A stretch of DNA of 32,000 nt from Desulfotalea psychrophila LSv54 (GTDB lineage Bacteria > Desulfobacterota > Desulfobulbia > Desulfobulbales > Desulfocapsaceae): NCBI RefSeq assembly GCF_000025945.1, contig NC_006138.1, forward strand, positions 1,020,001 to 1,052,000, in the 5' to 3' direction. A program made the translations under genes and the position numbers. Under the pieces are notes generated by a model. It worked only from the letters and a program-made list of their open reading frames with translations. It was not told the DNA's origin and did no database searches. Shown here piece by piece: positions 9,714 to 19,080 of the stretch (position 1 is the first letter of the stretch; every line of letters starts with the position of its first letter).

Positions 9714-11045
9714 ATGGCTGAATTACAGAAAAAATATGGCTTTTGGACGGCAACGGCTATGGTGGTCGGTATCGTCATTGGCTCGGGTGTCTTCTTTAAG
9801 GCTGATAACGTGTTGAGGGCCGCCGGTGGCAGTTTGCCTATTGCCCTCTTGGCCTGGGCAATAGGTGGAGCTATTATGATTGTCACTGCCTATGTCTTCT
9901 CATTGGTGGCAAATAGGATGAGCAAGGTCAATGGTGTTTCAGATTATTTTGAATCGGCCTATGGTAAGACTGCCAGTTATTTTGTCGGTTGGTTTATGGC
10001 AATTGTCTATTATCCCAGTTTGGTGGCCGTTCTTGCTTGGGTTTCTGCTAATTATAGCACTGGTTTAATTGGTAAACCAGATTGGTTGTGGCCCCTGGCC
10101 TTTGCCTATATGGTTGTCTTCTTTTTATTGAATGTTTTCTCGCCAGTTTTAGCCGGTAAATGGCAGGTCTCTACAACTATAATCAAGCTTATTCCGCTTG
10201 GCCTGGTGGCTATTGTTGGAGCGATTTCCGGTCTGATGACGGGTCAAACTCTGGAGAGTTTTAGCGTTTCTGCAACTGTAGTAGGTGATAATGCGGGTGG
10301 TCTTGCCGTGGCCACACTTGCCACTGCTTTTGCCTACGAGGGTTGGATTCTCGCTACCTCAATCAACGCTGAATTAGAGGATGCTAAGAAAAACCTGCCT
10401 CGTGCTCTAGTGGTAGGAACACTGGCTGTTGCCCTTATCTACATGCTCTACTATCTCGGTATTTCAGGTGTACTCTCAAATGCTGATCTGATTGCTGCAG
10501 GCGATGCTGCCCCGGTAAATGTTATCTCTATTGTCTTTGGTAATATTGGCGGCACCGTACTCACCGTCTTTGTGGTTTTGTCCTGTTTGGGTACTCTCAA
10601 CGGTTTGATTATGGCCTCCAGCCGTGGCATGTATGTGGTTGCCTATCATGGGCAGGGGCCAAAGCCAAAATTTTTTGCCGCTGTAAATGCAACGTATAAT
10701 AGCACCCTTAACTCTGCTCTTGTTGGTTTTGTTATTTCTACCTTCTGGCTGGGAGTTTGGTACGGTAACTTTGCCGGTTGGTGGGGAGGATTTCTTGATA
10801 TTTCAGAACTGCCAATTGCCTTTCTCTATGTCTGTTACATAGCAATTTATATATGGGTTATTCGCGCCTTTGACGAACTTGGTCCTTTGAGCCGTTATCT
10901 TGCCCCATTTTGCGCAGGACTTGGTTCCCTCTACATTATCTGGGGTGCCAGTCAAAAAGATTTTTTCTCCCTCTTTCTGGTTATTCTGGCGGCGATATTT
11001 GCGGTGGGTTTTATTCTAAAGGACGAACAGAGTTGTCTGCGCTGA
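9714..11045 (+). CDS. APC family amino acid permease
   Basis: 443 aa, about 12 TM; KYGFWTATAMVVGIVIGSGVFFKADNVLRAAGG and EGWILATSINAELEDAKKNLPRAL are typical of L-type/SteT-like APC transporters. Confidence 0.92.
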   Translation: MAELQKKYGFWTATAMVVGIVIGSGVFFKADNVLRAAGGSLPIALLAWAIGGAIMIVTAYVFSLVANRMSKVNGVSDYFESAYGKTASYFVGWFMAIVYYPSLVAVLAWVSANYSTGLIGKPDWLWPLAFAYMVVFFLLNVFSPVLAGKWQVSTTIIKLIPLGLVAIVGAISGLMTGQTLESFSVSATVVGDNAGGLAVATLATAFAYEGWILATSINAELEDAKKNLPRALVVGTLAVALIYMLYYLGISGVLSNADLIAAGDAAPVNVISIVFGNIGGTVLTVFVVLSCLGTLNGLIMASSRGMYVVAYHGQGPKPKFFAAVNATYNSTLNSALVGFVISTFWLGVWYGNFAGWWGGFLDISELPIAFLYVCYIAIYIWVIRAFDELGPLSRYLAPFCAGLGSLYIIWGASQKDFFSLFLVILAAIFAVGFILKDEQSCLR

Positions 11046-11085
11046 GGCTGAAAAAAATGGTAGGTCTACCATAAGGTGTTATACC

Positions 11086-11116
11086 AACCCTGCTCTTTTA
11101 AGAGCAGGGTTTTTTG
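11086..11116 (+). terminator. Rho-independent terminator after the permease gene (convergent with ogt)
   Basis: AACCCTGCTCTT-TT-AAGAGCAGGGTT followed by TTTT; overlaps the stop codon of the convergent ogt. Confidence 0.8.
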
Positions 11117-11592
11117 TTGTCTTGTCCCTCCAGTTGGAGAAGAAATTCTTTCCGTTCCAGCCCTGAAGAGAACCCCCCCAGACTGCCATCGGCGGCAATG
11201 ACCCGGTGACAGGGCTGGATGATGCTAATGGGGTTTTTGCCATTGGCTCCTCCCACTGCCCGGTATGCCTTGGGCTTGTCGATGCGATGGGCCATCTCTT
11301 TGTAGCTGATGGTCTTTCCATAGGGGATGCGACAGAGTTCCTGCCATACCCTCATTTGAAAAGCTGTTCCTGTGGGTGCCAGAAGGAGGTCGAATTGTTT
11401 GCGTTTTCCCTTAAAGTACTCCGCTAATTGTTGAGTAACCTCTTGCAGCCTCTCCGGACTATATTGCCAACCTTCTTCCAGGCGTCCCCTCTCCTCAAAG
11501 AAGAGATGGTGTAGTCCATGGGAACTAGCAGCTATAACTATACTTCCCAGAGGGCTATGGACTTGGTCAAAATAGATCTGTTGTTTTTCCAT
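11098..11592 (-). CDS. ogt: Methylated-DNA--[protein]-cysteine S-methyltransferase
   Basis: FQMRVWQELCRIPYGKTISYKEMA...RAVGGANGKNPISIIQPCHRVIAADGSLGGFSSGLERKEFLL (PCHRV active site). Confidence 0.96.
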   Translation of the reverse strand: MEKQQIYFDQVHSPLGSIVIAASSHGLHHLFFEERGRLEEGWQYSPERLQEVTQQLAEYFKGKRKQFDLLLAPTGTAFQMRVWQELCRIPYGKTISYKEMAHRIDKPKAYRAVGGANGKNPISIIQPCHRVIAADGSLGGFSSGLERKEFLLQLEGQDNKKPCS

Positions 11593-11667
11593 GGAGTTTT
11601 TCTTTTCCCTGTATAAAAGGGATAATTGGTAAGGCTTAGGCCCCGTTAAGAGCCGAAGCGTCAGCGA

Positions 11668-13296
11668 CTACTCTTTAATACAGGCAATATGGGCGGCTCC
11701 GACGGCGTTACCCACCTCGCAATGCAGGGGAAAGGAGACCATTGTGCCCAGTTTCTTTGCCACCTCAGGGAGGAGGTGGCGGGCAACTGCGCCGATCCCG
11801 ATGAGTGGGGCTTTTATGGTGAAGTCAACTCCAAGCATGGGATGCTTTTTACGATTTTCGATAAAATTGGTTAGTGAATTTCCCCAGTAATGTTGGATAA
11901 CATAGTCGAGGATAAGATTTTCAATTAAGTTCTGGCTCCTGTTGACTACCTGTTGGGAGAATTCCTCTGCTGTCATCTCGCATTTTTTCCCCAGGATATC
12001 AGCTGCCCTTCTTGCCCGGCTCCCGTCTCCCAGATTTATCTTGCCCAAGACGTGCAGGGCGTCGGTGGGGGTGAAGCCGCATTCAATAATGAGCTGATTT
12101 TTAGCCAGTTTTTCAAGTTGTTTTTCGAGAATTATGCCACTGTGTCCTGTGGCCTTGCAGATCTCCTTTACTGTTGCAGCCCCTGCTCCTTGGAGAAAGG
12201 TGAAAATATCTGTTGGGGCCTCTTCTCTCTGGCCGAGGACGGGGATGATCAGCTTTGACGAGTCTTTTTCTGTCAGCCATTCTTCGAGGGACGGTCCTAT
12301 TGGGCAGAGAGAGATGGGGGTAACACGAACGGGGCCAATGGAGAAATCACCTCGTTCGACCTGGACATGGCTGTCTCCGCCTATGGCTCCTGTGTGCATA
12401 TCGACGGCCTCAATATGGGTTCGCCATGAACCAATTTGGCAACCATCTTCTCTGAGGACAGGCTGACCATTGTTATCAAGCATGGTAATGTCTGTTGTGG
12501 TGCCGCCGATATCAATGACAAGTCCTGCCAGATCTGTTTGCATGCTGCCAAAGTGGGCGGTACAGGCCGGGCCACTGGCTACGGTCAGGGCCGCATGACG
12601 GATAATATGGCTGGCATCGACCAGTTGCCCGTTGCCAGCCACCAGGGTCATGGGGCAGGAGAGATTTTTTTCTTCCATGGCCGTGAGGACAGCATCCACA
12701 TAGTTTTGCATAACAGGCATGAGTTTGGCGTGCAGACCTGCGGTGGCCGCCCGCTGTTCCATGCCGGCAATATTGCTTGCCTGATGGGAGCAGAAGACAG
12801 GCTTATCGCCATCGAGCATTTTTATCGCCTCCTGGGCGACAAGTTCGTGGGCGGGATTTTTTATGGACATTGCAGAGCAGATACCATAGGCATCCACCTC
12901 TTCCCGCAGACCTTCGATGATGCTGACAAGATATTCCAGATCAAGGGGAACTTCTTCTTTTCCCTGGATATTGTGACCACCCTTGATGAAGACGACGGCC
13001 TTTACCGGCAGCTTAAAATGTTTTACATAGCCGATGACCAATAGGGCAACCTCTGCCCCTTTGTTTTCGACCACAGAGTTGGTGGCAAGGGTGGAGGAGA
13101 CGGCGATTTTTTTTACCTGATGCGGCTCTATGGCAGAGGCGTCGAGCAGGGCGCTGAGGGCATCTCTTGTTCCGAGGGCAAGGTTATGATGGGTGGTGGG
13201 CCTTTTTGCCGTTGCTATGATTTTACCTGTGTCCTGTTCCATCAGCACTGCATCGGTGCAGGTGCCTCCGGTGTCTATACCAATTACGTAATTCAT
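11668..13296 (-). CDS. Hydantoinase/oxoprolinase family protein
   Basis: MNYVIGIDTGGTCTDAVLM...STLATNSVVENKG...VASGPACTAHFGSM...GLVIDIGGTTTDITML, the ATP-binding motifs of the HyuA/oxoprolinase family. Confidence 0.9.
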   Translation of the reverse strand: MNYVIGIDTGGTCTDAVLMEQDTGKIIATAKRPTTHHNLALGTRDALSALLDASAIEPHQVKKIAVSSTLATNSVVENKGAEVALLVIGYVKHFKLPVKAVVFIKGGHNIQGKEEVPLDLEYLVSIIEGLREEVDAYGICSAMSIKNPAHELVAQEAIKMLDGDKPVFCSHQASNIAGMEQRAATAGLHAKLMPVMQNYVDAVLTAMEEKNLSCPMTLVAGNGQLVDASHIIRHAALTVASGPACTAHFGSMQTDLAGLVIDIGGTTTDITMLDNNGQPVLREDGCQIGSWRTHIEAVDMHTGAIGGDSHVQVERGDFSIGPVRVTPISLCPIGPSLEEWLTEKDSSKLIIPVLGQREEAPTDIFTFLQGAGAATVKEICKATGHSGIILEKQLEKLAKNQLIIECGFTPTDALHVLGKINLGDGSRARRAADILGKKCEMTAEEFSQQVVNRSQNLIENLILDYVIQHYWGNSLTNFIENRKKHPMLGVDFTIKAPLIGIGAVARHLLPEVAKKLGTMVSFPLHCEVGNAVGAAHIACIKE

Positions 13297-13542
13297 TTTT
13301 TCTCCAATATATTTAATATGTTAAAATGTTTTATTTTTATTGGTATACACCCTTTTTTCTAAAATATCAGTGAGAAATATTTGCCCTATCTGCCTGCTCT
13401 GTTGATAGTAGTCGTCTATAGGACGAGCTGCGGAATTCTCCGATATTGTCCCGGTTGTTCATGGCTGGCGGCCGGAGATTACTTATTGCCGAACGACCTT
13501 TTAGCCATTATGGTCAGGGGAGCTTGTATTGCTCTATAAAAA

Positions 13543-13562
13543 CACAGAGTAGGCACTCTGTG
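13543..13562. repeat. Short perfect hairpin (8-bp stem, 4-nt loop) upstream of menA
   Basis: CACAGAGT-AGGC-ACTCTGTG, flanked by CTTG...CAAG that could extend the structure. Confidence 0.5.
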
Positions 13563-13660
13563 CAAGTTTTGGGTTTTGTAACAGCCCCCTGTGATTTCTC
13601 CGCCCATCAATTTTGGGCCGTTGATAATATAAATGATAAATTGAGGTAGGTGTACCCCCT

Positions 13661-14554
13661 ATGGAAAATGAAAAGCTTACAAAATGGGATCTGTGGCTAT
13701 TGGCAATACGTCCCAAAACCCTGCCTGCGGCGGTGGCCCCTGTACTCGTCGGTAGCGCAGCGGCCTTTTCCGATGGTTTTTTTCATCCTCTGCTTATGCT
13801 TGCCTGTCTGCTTGGCGCCCTGCTCCTGCAGATAGCTGTTAACTTTGCCAACGATTATTTCGATGCAAAAAATAATATTGATTCAGCAGAGAGACTGGGG
13901 CCTGTTCGGGTTACCCAGAGTGGACTTATTCCTGCCGCTCAGGTTAAATGGGCAATGGCTCTCGCCCTTGTCTTGGCGGTGCTCGTTTTCTCTTATCTCT
14001 CCTCTGTCGCCGGCTGGCCAATAGTTATGGTGATGATTGCCTCCGTGTTGGGCGCACTCGGTTACAGCGGCGGGCCTTATCCCTTAGCCTCTAATGGCCT
14101 TGGTGAGATCTTTGTCTTTATCTTCTTTGGACTTATTGCCGTTTGTGGCACCTATTTTATCCTTGCCGCTCAACTGGTGGCTTCGGCCTTTTTGGTTGCC
14201 ATTCCGCCGGGCCTGCTGATTACGGCTATAATGGTGATTAATAATCTTCGCGATATTGATACCGATAGCAGGAGTGGTAAAAAGACCCTGGCCGTTATTT
14301 TGGGTCGTTCGAGGACTATTCTCGAATATAGGCTTCTTCTGCTCTGTGCCTATCTCGTCCCTCTTGTCATGTTTTTAACAGGAACGAGCTATTTTATTCT
14401 GATGCCATTTTTCTCTCTCCCTCTTGCTATAAAGTTATGGGGTGAGGTGGAGCATTGTCTGGGCACGGAGTTGAATAGCACCCTGGCCAAGACAGCAAAG
14501 TTATCGCTGATGTTCAGTCTTGGTTTTGCCGTTGGTCTGGTGCTCGGTGCTTGA
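13661..14554 (+). CDS. menA: 1,4-dihydroxy-2-naphthoate polyprenyltransferase / UbiA family
   Basis: AIRPKTLPAAVAPVLVGSA...NFANDYFDAKNNIDSAERLGPVRVTQSGLI...NNLRDIDTDSRSGKKTLAVILGR. Confidence 0.92.
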   Translation: MENEKLTKWDLWLLAIRPKTLPAAVAPVLVGSAAAFSDGFFHPLLMLACLLGALLLQIAVNFANDYFDAKNNIDSAERLGPVRVTQSGLIPAAQVKWAMALALVLAVLVFSYLSSVAGWPIVMVMIASVLGALGYSGGPYPLASNGLGEIFVFIFFGLIAVCGTYFILAAQLVASAFLVAIPPGLLITAIMVINNLRDIDTDSRSGKKTLAVILGRSRTILEYRLLLLCAYLVPLVMFLTGTSYFILMPFFSLPLAIKLWGEVEHCLGTELNSTLAKTAKLSLMFSLGFAVGLVLGA

Positions 14555-14601
14555 TAGGTTCGTTGCGGGCATTTTTTGCTATATTTTGAGGGAGATGTAA
14601 A

Positions 14602-15402
14602 ATGGATTTTTTAGGTGTACGAGATAAAACCTTTGTGATTTTTGGCCTTGCCAATAAAAAATCAATCGCCTGCGCTATAGGCAAAAATTTAGTGGCAGCG
14701 GGCGCCCGGGTTATACATGTGGTTCGTTCAGAACAGCGCCTTGAAACTGCGCAGAAACTTTTTCCAGAAAGTTCCGTCTTTATCTGTGATGTTGAAGAGG
14801 AAGAAAATATAGTGGCAGTACGTGATAAAATTAAGGCACTTTTGGGAGAGACTCAGATTGATGGTATTGTCCACTCCATTGCCTTTGCCAACTACTCGGA
14901 AGGGTTAAAACCTTTTCACGAGACCTTGAAAAAGGATTTTCTTCAGGCAGTGAACATTTCCTGCTTTTCCTTTATCAGTATTGCCAACCACTTTAAGGGA
15001 CTTTTGGCTCCCACGGCATCGGTGCTGACCATCTCTATTTCGACCACTAAGATGGCTGCAGAAAATTATGGATATATGGCTCCTATTAAGGCGGCCCTTG
15101 ATTCGTCACTCTGCTTTTTGACCAAGTCCTTTTCTGCCTTTTCTGCTATTCGTTTTAATGCCGTGGCCCCCAGTCTTCTCAAGACCTCGGCCTCAGCTGG
15201 GGTTCCTGGCTATGTGGATAGTTATCTCTATGCCGAGAAGGTGATTCCACGGAAAAAGTCCCTGAAGACGACGGAGGCGGCAGACACTGCCACCTTTCTT
15301 CTTTCAGAGCGTTCATCTGGGATTGTTGGTCAAACAATTGTGGTGGATGCGGGGATGGCAATGAACTATTTTGATGCAGAGATTGTTAGGGCAGTAGCGT
15401 AA
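14602..15402 (+). CDS. Enoyl-ACP reductase-like SDR family protein (FabI-like)
   Basis: MDFLGVRDKTFVIFGLANKKSIACAIG...DGIVHSIAFANYSEG...NYGYMAPIKAALDSS (Y-x6-K)...SSGIVGQTIVVDAG. Confidence 0.8.
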   Translation: MDFLGVRDKTFVIFGLANKKSIACAIGKNLVAAGARVIHVVRSEQRLETAQKLFPESSVFICDVEEEENIVAVRDKIKALLGETQIDGIVHSIAFANYSEGLKPFHETLKKDFLQAVNISCFSFISIANHFKGLLAPTASVLTISISTTKMAAENYGYMAPIKAALDSSLCFLTKSFSAFSAIRFNAVAPSLLKTSASAGVPGYVDSYLYAEKVIPRKKSLKTTEAADTATFLLSERSSGIVGQTIVVDAGMAMNYFDAEIVRAVA

Positions 15403-15419
15403 ATTACAGGGAGGATTTA

Positions 15420-16244
15420 ATGGTTGATTTTACTGTAGATGAGGGAAAATGTATCGGCTGTGGTCAATGCGTTGCCGATTGTCCTCTTTCACTTCTGGAG
15501 ATGCGAGACGGTATTCCTCTTCTTGCCCGGCGAAAGCAACAGTTTTGTATCGGCTGTTTGCACTGTTTTGCCGTTTGTGATGAGGCTGCTCTCTCTATTC
15601 TTGGTCATGATCCCTTGCAGGCAAAAGAGATATCTCGTGACCTTTTGCCCAAACCTGCCCAGATGGAGATGCTTATTCGGGGCAGACGTTCTATCCGAAA
15701 TTATCAAAACCGTAATCTTGCTCCGGAACTCATAGACGATCTCTTAGATACAGCCTGGCAGGCCCCGACGGGTAGAAATGTCCGTGGTTTGCTCTTTAGT
15801 GTAGTTGATGACAAGGCGGTCCTGGCTGATATTCGGCAGGAGATGCTGGCGGAGATTCAGCGCCTTGATGAGGGAGGACTGATTGATGAAGACTATAGCG
15901 CCTTTGCTAAGTTTCCCTCGGCCTGGGAGGAAGGGTATGATGTTCTCTTCTGTAAGGCACCGCATCTTTTGGTGGTATCGGCAGCAGATGATCTGCCGAC
16001 GCCAATGCAGGATGCTGTCATTGCCATGACCACCTTCGAGCTTTACGCCCAAAGCCATGGGGTAGGTACTCTCTGGGATGGGCTAGCTACAATTGCCCTG
16101 AGGGATCTTGTCCCCGCCATGCAAAAACGTCTGGGTATTCCTGAGGGCCATCATCTCTGCTATGCTATGTGCTTTGGCTACCCTGCCCTGCATTACGCAC
16201 GAATGGCCAGTAGAGACCATGCTCGGGTAGAGCGGGTTCGTTAA
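15420..16244 (+). CDS. 4Fe-4S ferredoxin domain fused to a nitroreductase domain
   Basis: N-terminal CIGCGQCVADCPLSLL and CIGCLHCFAVCDEAAL clusters; C-terminal RRSIRNYQNRNLAPELIDDLLDTAWQAPTGRNVRG...GTLWDGLATIA. Confidence 0.93.
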   Translation: MVDFTVDEGKCIGCGQCVADCPLSLLEMRDGIPLLARRKQQFCIGCLHCFAVCDEAALSILGHDPLQAKEISRDLLPKPAQMEMLIRGRRSIRNYQNRNLAPELIDDLLDTAWQAPTGRNVRGLLFSVVDDKAVLADIRQEMLAEIQRLDEGGLIDEDYSAFAKFPSAWEEGYDVLFCKAPHLLVVSAADDLPTPMQDAVIAMTTFELYAQSHGVGTLWDGLATIALRDLVPAMQKRLGIPEGHHLCYAMCFGYPALHYARMASRDHARVERVR

Positions 16245-16254
16245 GTTAAAAAGA

Positions 16255-16295
16255 AAAAAGCCCCAACCTCTAAACGAGGTTGGGGCTTTTTTTTT
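16255..16295. terminator. Bidirectional Rho-independent terminator between nitroreductase gene and cyd operon
   Basis: AAAAAAGCCCCAACCTC-TAAAC-GAGGTTGGGGCTTTTTTTTT; 12-bp GC-rich core with A-tract left and T-tract right. Confidence 0.93.
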
Positions 16296-16386
16296 ATAAA
16301 TTATTGCTCTTTTTCAGGGCGAAGATGATCAGCCTGTAGGAGACGAGGGGGAGGGCGATCCAGCCAATAAGTAATACTCCTATCAT
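16294..16386 (-). CDS. Small single-TM protein, candidate cytochrome bd accessory subunit (CydX-like)
   Basis: 30-codon ORF MIGVLLIGWIALPLVSYRLIIFALKKSNNL*, not in the supplied track. AAAGGAGTT lies upstream (+ strand 16391-16399 region); starts 15 bp after the cydB stop and ends at the operon terminator. Confidence 0.7.
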   Translation of the reverse strand: MIGVLLIGWIALPLVSYRLIIFALKKSNNL

Positions 16387-16401
16387 ATCGAACTCCTTTG
16401 C

Positions 16402-17532
16402 TTAATAAGCTTTTTTATCGTTAATATCCTCAAGACTTAACTTCTTGTTATCCATCTGTTTCCAAAAGTAGATAATATAGGCGAGAACAAATGGGATGAT
16501 GAGGGCTACATAGGCCATGGTGGCAAGGGTGTAGTGGCTTGATGAGGCATTGTAAATGGTTAGGCTTGATTGCAGATCAACCTTTGATGGATAAAAGGAT
16601 GTACCGTTGTAGCCCGCAGTAAAGAAGAGGGCCAGGCCGACGAAGAAGGTGCCGAGGCCTGCAGGCCAGATAGCCCTGTAGCTTTTTTTGAAAGCGGTGA
16701 TGAATACTGCATAGATTATGAGAATAAGGCCAAGTAATAACAGGCCGAGGGTGATGGGCATGGCCGTGAGGTTTTGCAGGTATTTATGGGCGACCATGCT
16801 CACAGCGCCATCGCTGCCTACGCCAAAACCGTCCATGGTGAGGAGGCTGATCAGGAGATAGAGAAGGAAAGGCAGGGCGCAGATGAGGTTTGTAAGGCAG
16901 GCCTTGCGCAGGCGTCTCTCCAACGCCTCCATGTCGGTGAGATCGATATTGTTGAGCAGGTAGAGGGAGCCCAGTACCCGGGAGTTGAAGACCAGAAAGA
17001 GACCGAAGGAGAGATTAAAGAGGGAGAATGCCGCCTCCAGACCCCGCAGTGGATGTGTCCAACTCACCTGGTTAAAGTCATTGAGGGTGAAGTTTGAGCC
17101 GGTGAAGAAGGTGCCCACGGCTGCGCCGATAAGGAGAATGCCGAGGGTGCCATTGATCAGCAGGAAAAATTCGTAGGTGCTTGAACCATAGAGATTGTCT
17201 GGCTTTTTCCGGTATTCAAAGCTCACGGCCTGGAGGATGAAGGTGAAGAGAATCAGCATCCATACCCAATAGGCACCGCCAAAACTTGTGGCATAAAATT
17301 TGGGAAATGCAGCAAAAAGTGCCCCGCCAAAGAGGACCAGAGTGGTAAAGGTCAGCTCCCATTTTCGGCCAAGGGAATTGATTACCAGTGATTTTTCTGT
17401 ATCGGTTTTGCCAACCTGCCAGAGGAGGCTTTGTCCACCCTGAACAAAGTTGAGAAAAAGGAAGAGAGAGCCGATAACGGCGACAAGAAGCCACCATATC
17501 TGTTGTAAAACTGCCATGTCAAGGTTACCCAT
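16402..17532 (-). CDS. cydB: Cytochrome bd ubiquinol oxidase subunit II
   Basis: MDMAVLQQIWWLLVAVIGSLFLFLNFVQGGQSLLWQVGKTD..., multi-TM; GAYWVWMLILFTFILQAVSFEYRKK; one base downstream of cydA. Confidence 0.93.
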   Translation of the reverse strand: MGNLDMAVLQQIWWLLVAVIGSLFLFLNFVQGGQSLLWQVGKTDTEKSLVINSLGRKWELTFTTLVLFGGALFAAFPKFYATSFGGAYWVWMLILFTFILQAVSFEYRKKPDNLYGSSTYEFFLLINGTLGILLIGAAVGTFFTGSNFTLNDFNQVSWTHPLRGLEAAFSLFNLSFGLFLVFNSRVLGSLYLLNNIDLTDMEALERRLRKACLTNLICALPFLLYLLISLLTMDGFGVGSDGAVSMVAHKYLQNLTAMPITLGLLLLGLILIIYAVFITAFKKSYRAIWPAGLGTFFVGLALFFTAGYNGTSFYPSKVDLQSSLTIYNASSSHYTLATMAYVALIIPFVLAYIIYFWKQMDNKKLSLEDINDKKAY

Positions 17533-17533
17533 T

Positions 17534-19066
17534 TTATACGCCCTCCGGTCCTATTTTAATTTGTTTGAGCATAATTTTAACTTCGGCGATTAACAATGCG
17601 GTAAAAATTATGAGGAAAATAAAGAAGCTTGCCTGTACATGGCCGACGCCAATATTGGTTGTGGCAACACTTACCGGCATAAGATCTTGAATGGCCCATG
17701 GTTGCCGTCCTACCTCTGCCACAATCCAGCCGGATTCCGAGGCGATGATTCCCAAAAAGAAGGAGGGGACTCCAAGACGGAGCAGCCATCTCTTTTTCAT
17801 AAGCGTACCCTTAAGGCTTGTAATGAGGAAGAGAAGGAAGAGGAGTCCAATGGCGACCCCGGAAAATACCATGATGTGAAATGTGTAGAAGGTGAGGGCG
17901 ACCGGGGGGACGGCCTCTTCTGCTTTCTGCAGGTAGCCATATCCCAGATAGTTTTGGTTGGTCCTGAACGCTTCCAGGGCTATTTGGGCCGTAGCTTTAT
18001 TATCTGTTTTTTTTGCCTCTTTATAGGCGAGAAGGCTATTTACGGCCTGTTTGCCGAGGACCATTTTTTCCTCAACTCCCATGATATTCTGTTCAGCATT
18101 GCCGTAAACGAGGTCGTTGATACCCGGAACAAAGCTGTTGATATCGCGGTTGGCAAGAAGGGAGAGTCCCTTAGGGATGGATATTTCAAAGAGGAAGGGC
18201 TCTTGGCTGTCACCCGCCCTTTTCGCCGCGTTGGGTATGCCGAAGGCGACAATGGGGGTGCCGATTTGGCCGTTGAATAAACCCTCATAGGCAGCAAGCT
18301 TCATGGGTTGGGTGTGTCCGTTGGCAAAACCTGATTCGTCACCGGTAAAGGCGGTGTATCCAGTGCCCAAAAGGCCAAAAACAGAGGCAACAATAATAGA
18401 TTTTTTGGCCATATCCGTGTGGCGATTTTTCAGCAGGTACCAGCTGGATACGGTGATGATAAAGAGGGATCCGACCATAAAACTTGAGGCTGTGGTATGG
18501 GTGAATTTGGCAATAGCCACCGGGGAGAGGAGTACCTCCCAAAAATTTTGCATCTCAAAGCGGACGGTATCGGGGTTGAAGGCCATACCAACGGGGTGTT
18601 GCATCCAGCCATTGGCCACCAGAATCCACAGGGCAGAAAGACTGGAGCCGACGGCAACCATCCAGGTGGCAAAGAGATGGGATCCTCTTGAAATACGGTT
18701 CCAACCAAAGAACATTACGGCAAAGAAGGTGGCTTCCAGGAAAAAGGCAAGGATTCCCTCAATTGCCAGTGGTGCCCCAAAGATATCACCCACCATCCAG
18801 GAATAGTTGGACCAGTTGGTGCCGAATTGAAACTCCAGGATGATTCCGGTGGCAACGCCAATGGCAAAGTTGATACCGAAGAGTGTCATCCAAAACTTTG
18901 TGATATTCTTCCACTCCTCTCTGCCTGTTTTGACATAGATAGTCTCAAAAAAAGCACAGAGGAATGAAAGCCCCAGGGTAAGTGGGACGAAAATCCAGTG
19001 ATAAAGTGCTGTTAGAGCAAACTGGGCCCGGGACCAGTTCACTAAACTTAGATCAATTTCACCCAT
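17534..19066 (-). CDS. cydA: Cytochrome bd ubiquinol oxidase subunit I
   Basis: LVNWSRAQFALTALYHWIFVPLTLGLSFL...GTNWSNYSWMVGDIFGAPLAIEGILAFFLEATFFAVMFFGW...ASSFMVGSLF...ESGWIVAEVGRQPWAI. Confidence 0.97.
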   Translation of the reverse strand: MGEIDLSLVNWSRAQFALTALYHWIFVPLTLGLSFLCAFFETIYVKTGREEWKNITKFWMTLFGINFAIGVATGIILEFQFGTNWSNYSWMVGDIFGAPLAIEGILAFFLEATFFAVMFFGWNRISRGSHLFATWMVAVGSSLSALWILVANGWMQHPVGMAFNPDTVRFEMQNFWEVLLSPVAIAKFTHTTASSFMVGSLFIITVSSWYLLKNRHTDMAKKSIIVASVFGLLGTGYTAFTGDESGFANGHTQPMKLAAYEGLFNGQIGTPIVAFGIPNAAKRAGDSQEPFLFEISIPKGLSLLANRDINSFVPGINDLVYGNAEQNIMGVEEKMVLGKQAVNSLLAYKEAKKTDNKATAQIALEAFRTNQNYLGYGYLQKAEEAVPPVALTFYTFHIMVFSGVAIGLLFLLFLITSLKGTLMKKRWLLRLGVPSFFLGIIASESGWIVAEVGRQPWAIQDLMPVSVATTNIGVGHVQASFFIFLIIFTALLIAEVKIMLKQIKIGPEGV

Positions 19067-19080
19067 GAAACGCTCCTTCT

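Noticed and set aside
9662-9886. 74-aa minus-strand ORF overlapping the permease start
   Set aside because: Antisense to the start of a confident APC permease gene and of low-information composition.
11668-13296. Plus-strand ORFs (11689-11874, 11953-12258, 12134-12466, 12436-13044, 13120-13362) antisense to the hydantoinase gene
   Set aside because: All are shadows of the strongly supported minus-strand CDS with its ATPase motifs; GC-rich third positions create long antisense frames.
17639-18806. Long plus-strand ORFs (213 and 167 aa) opposite cydA
   Set aside because: CydA motifs on the minus strand are unambiguous; the plus-strand translations have no recognisable domain and are codon-usage shadows.
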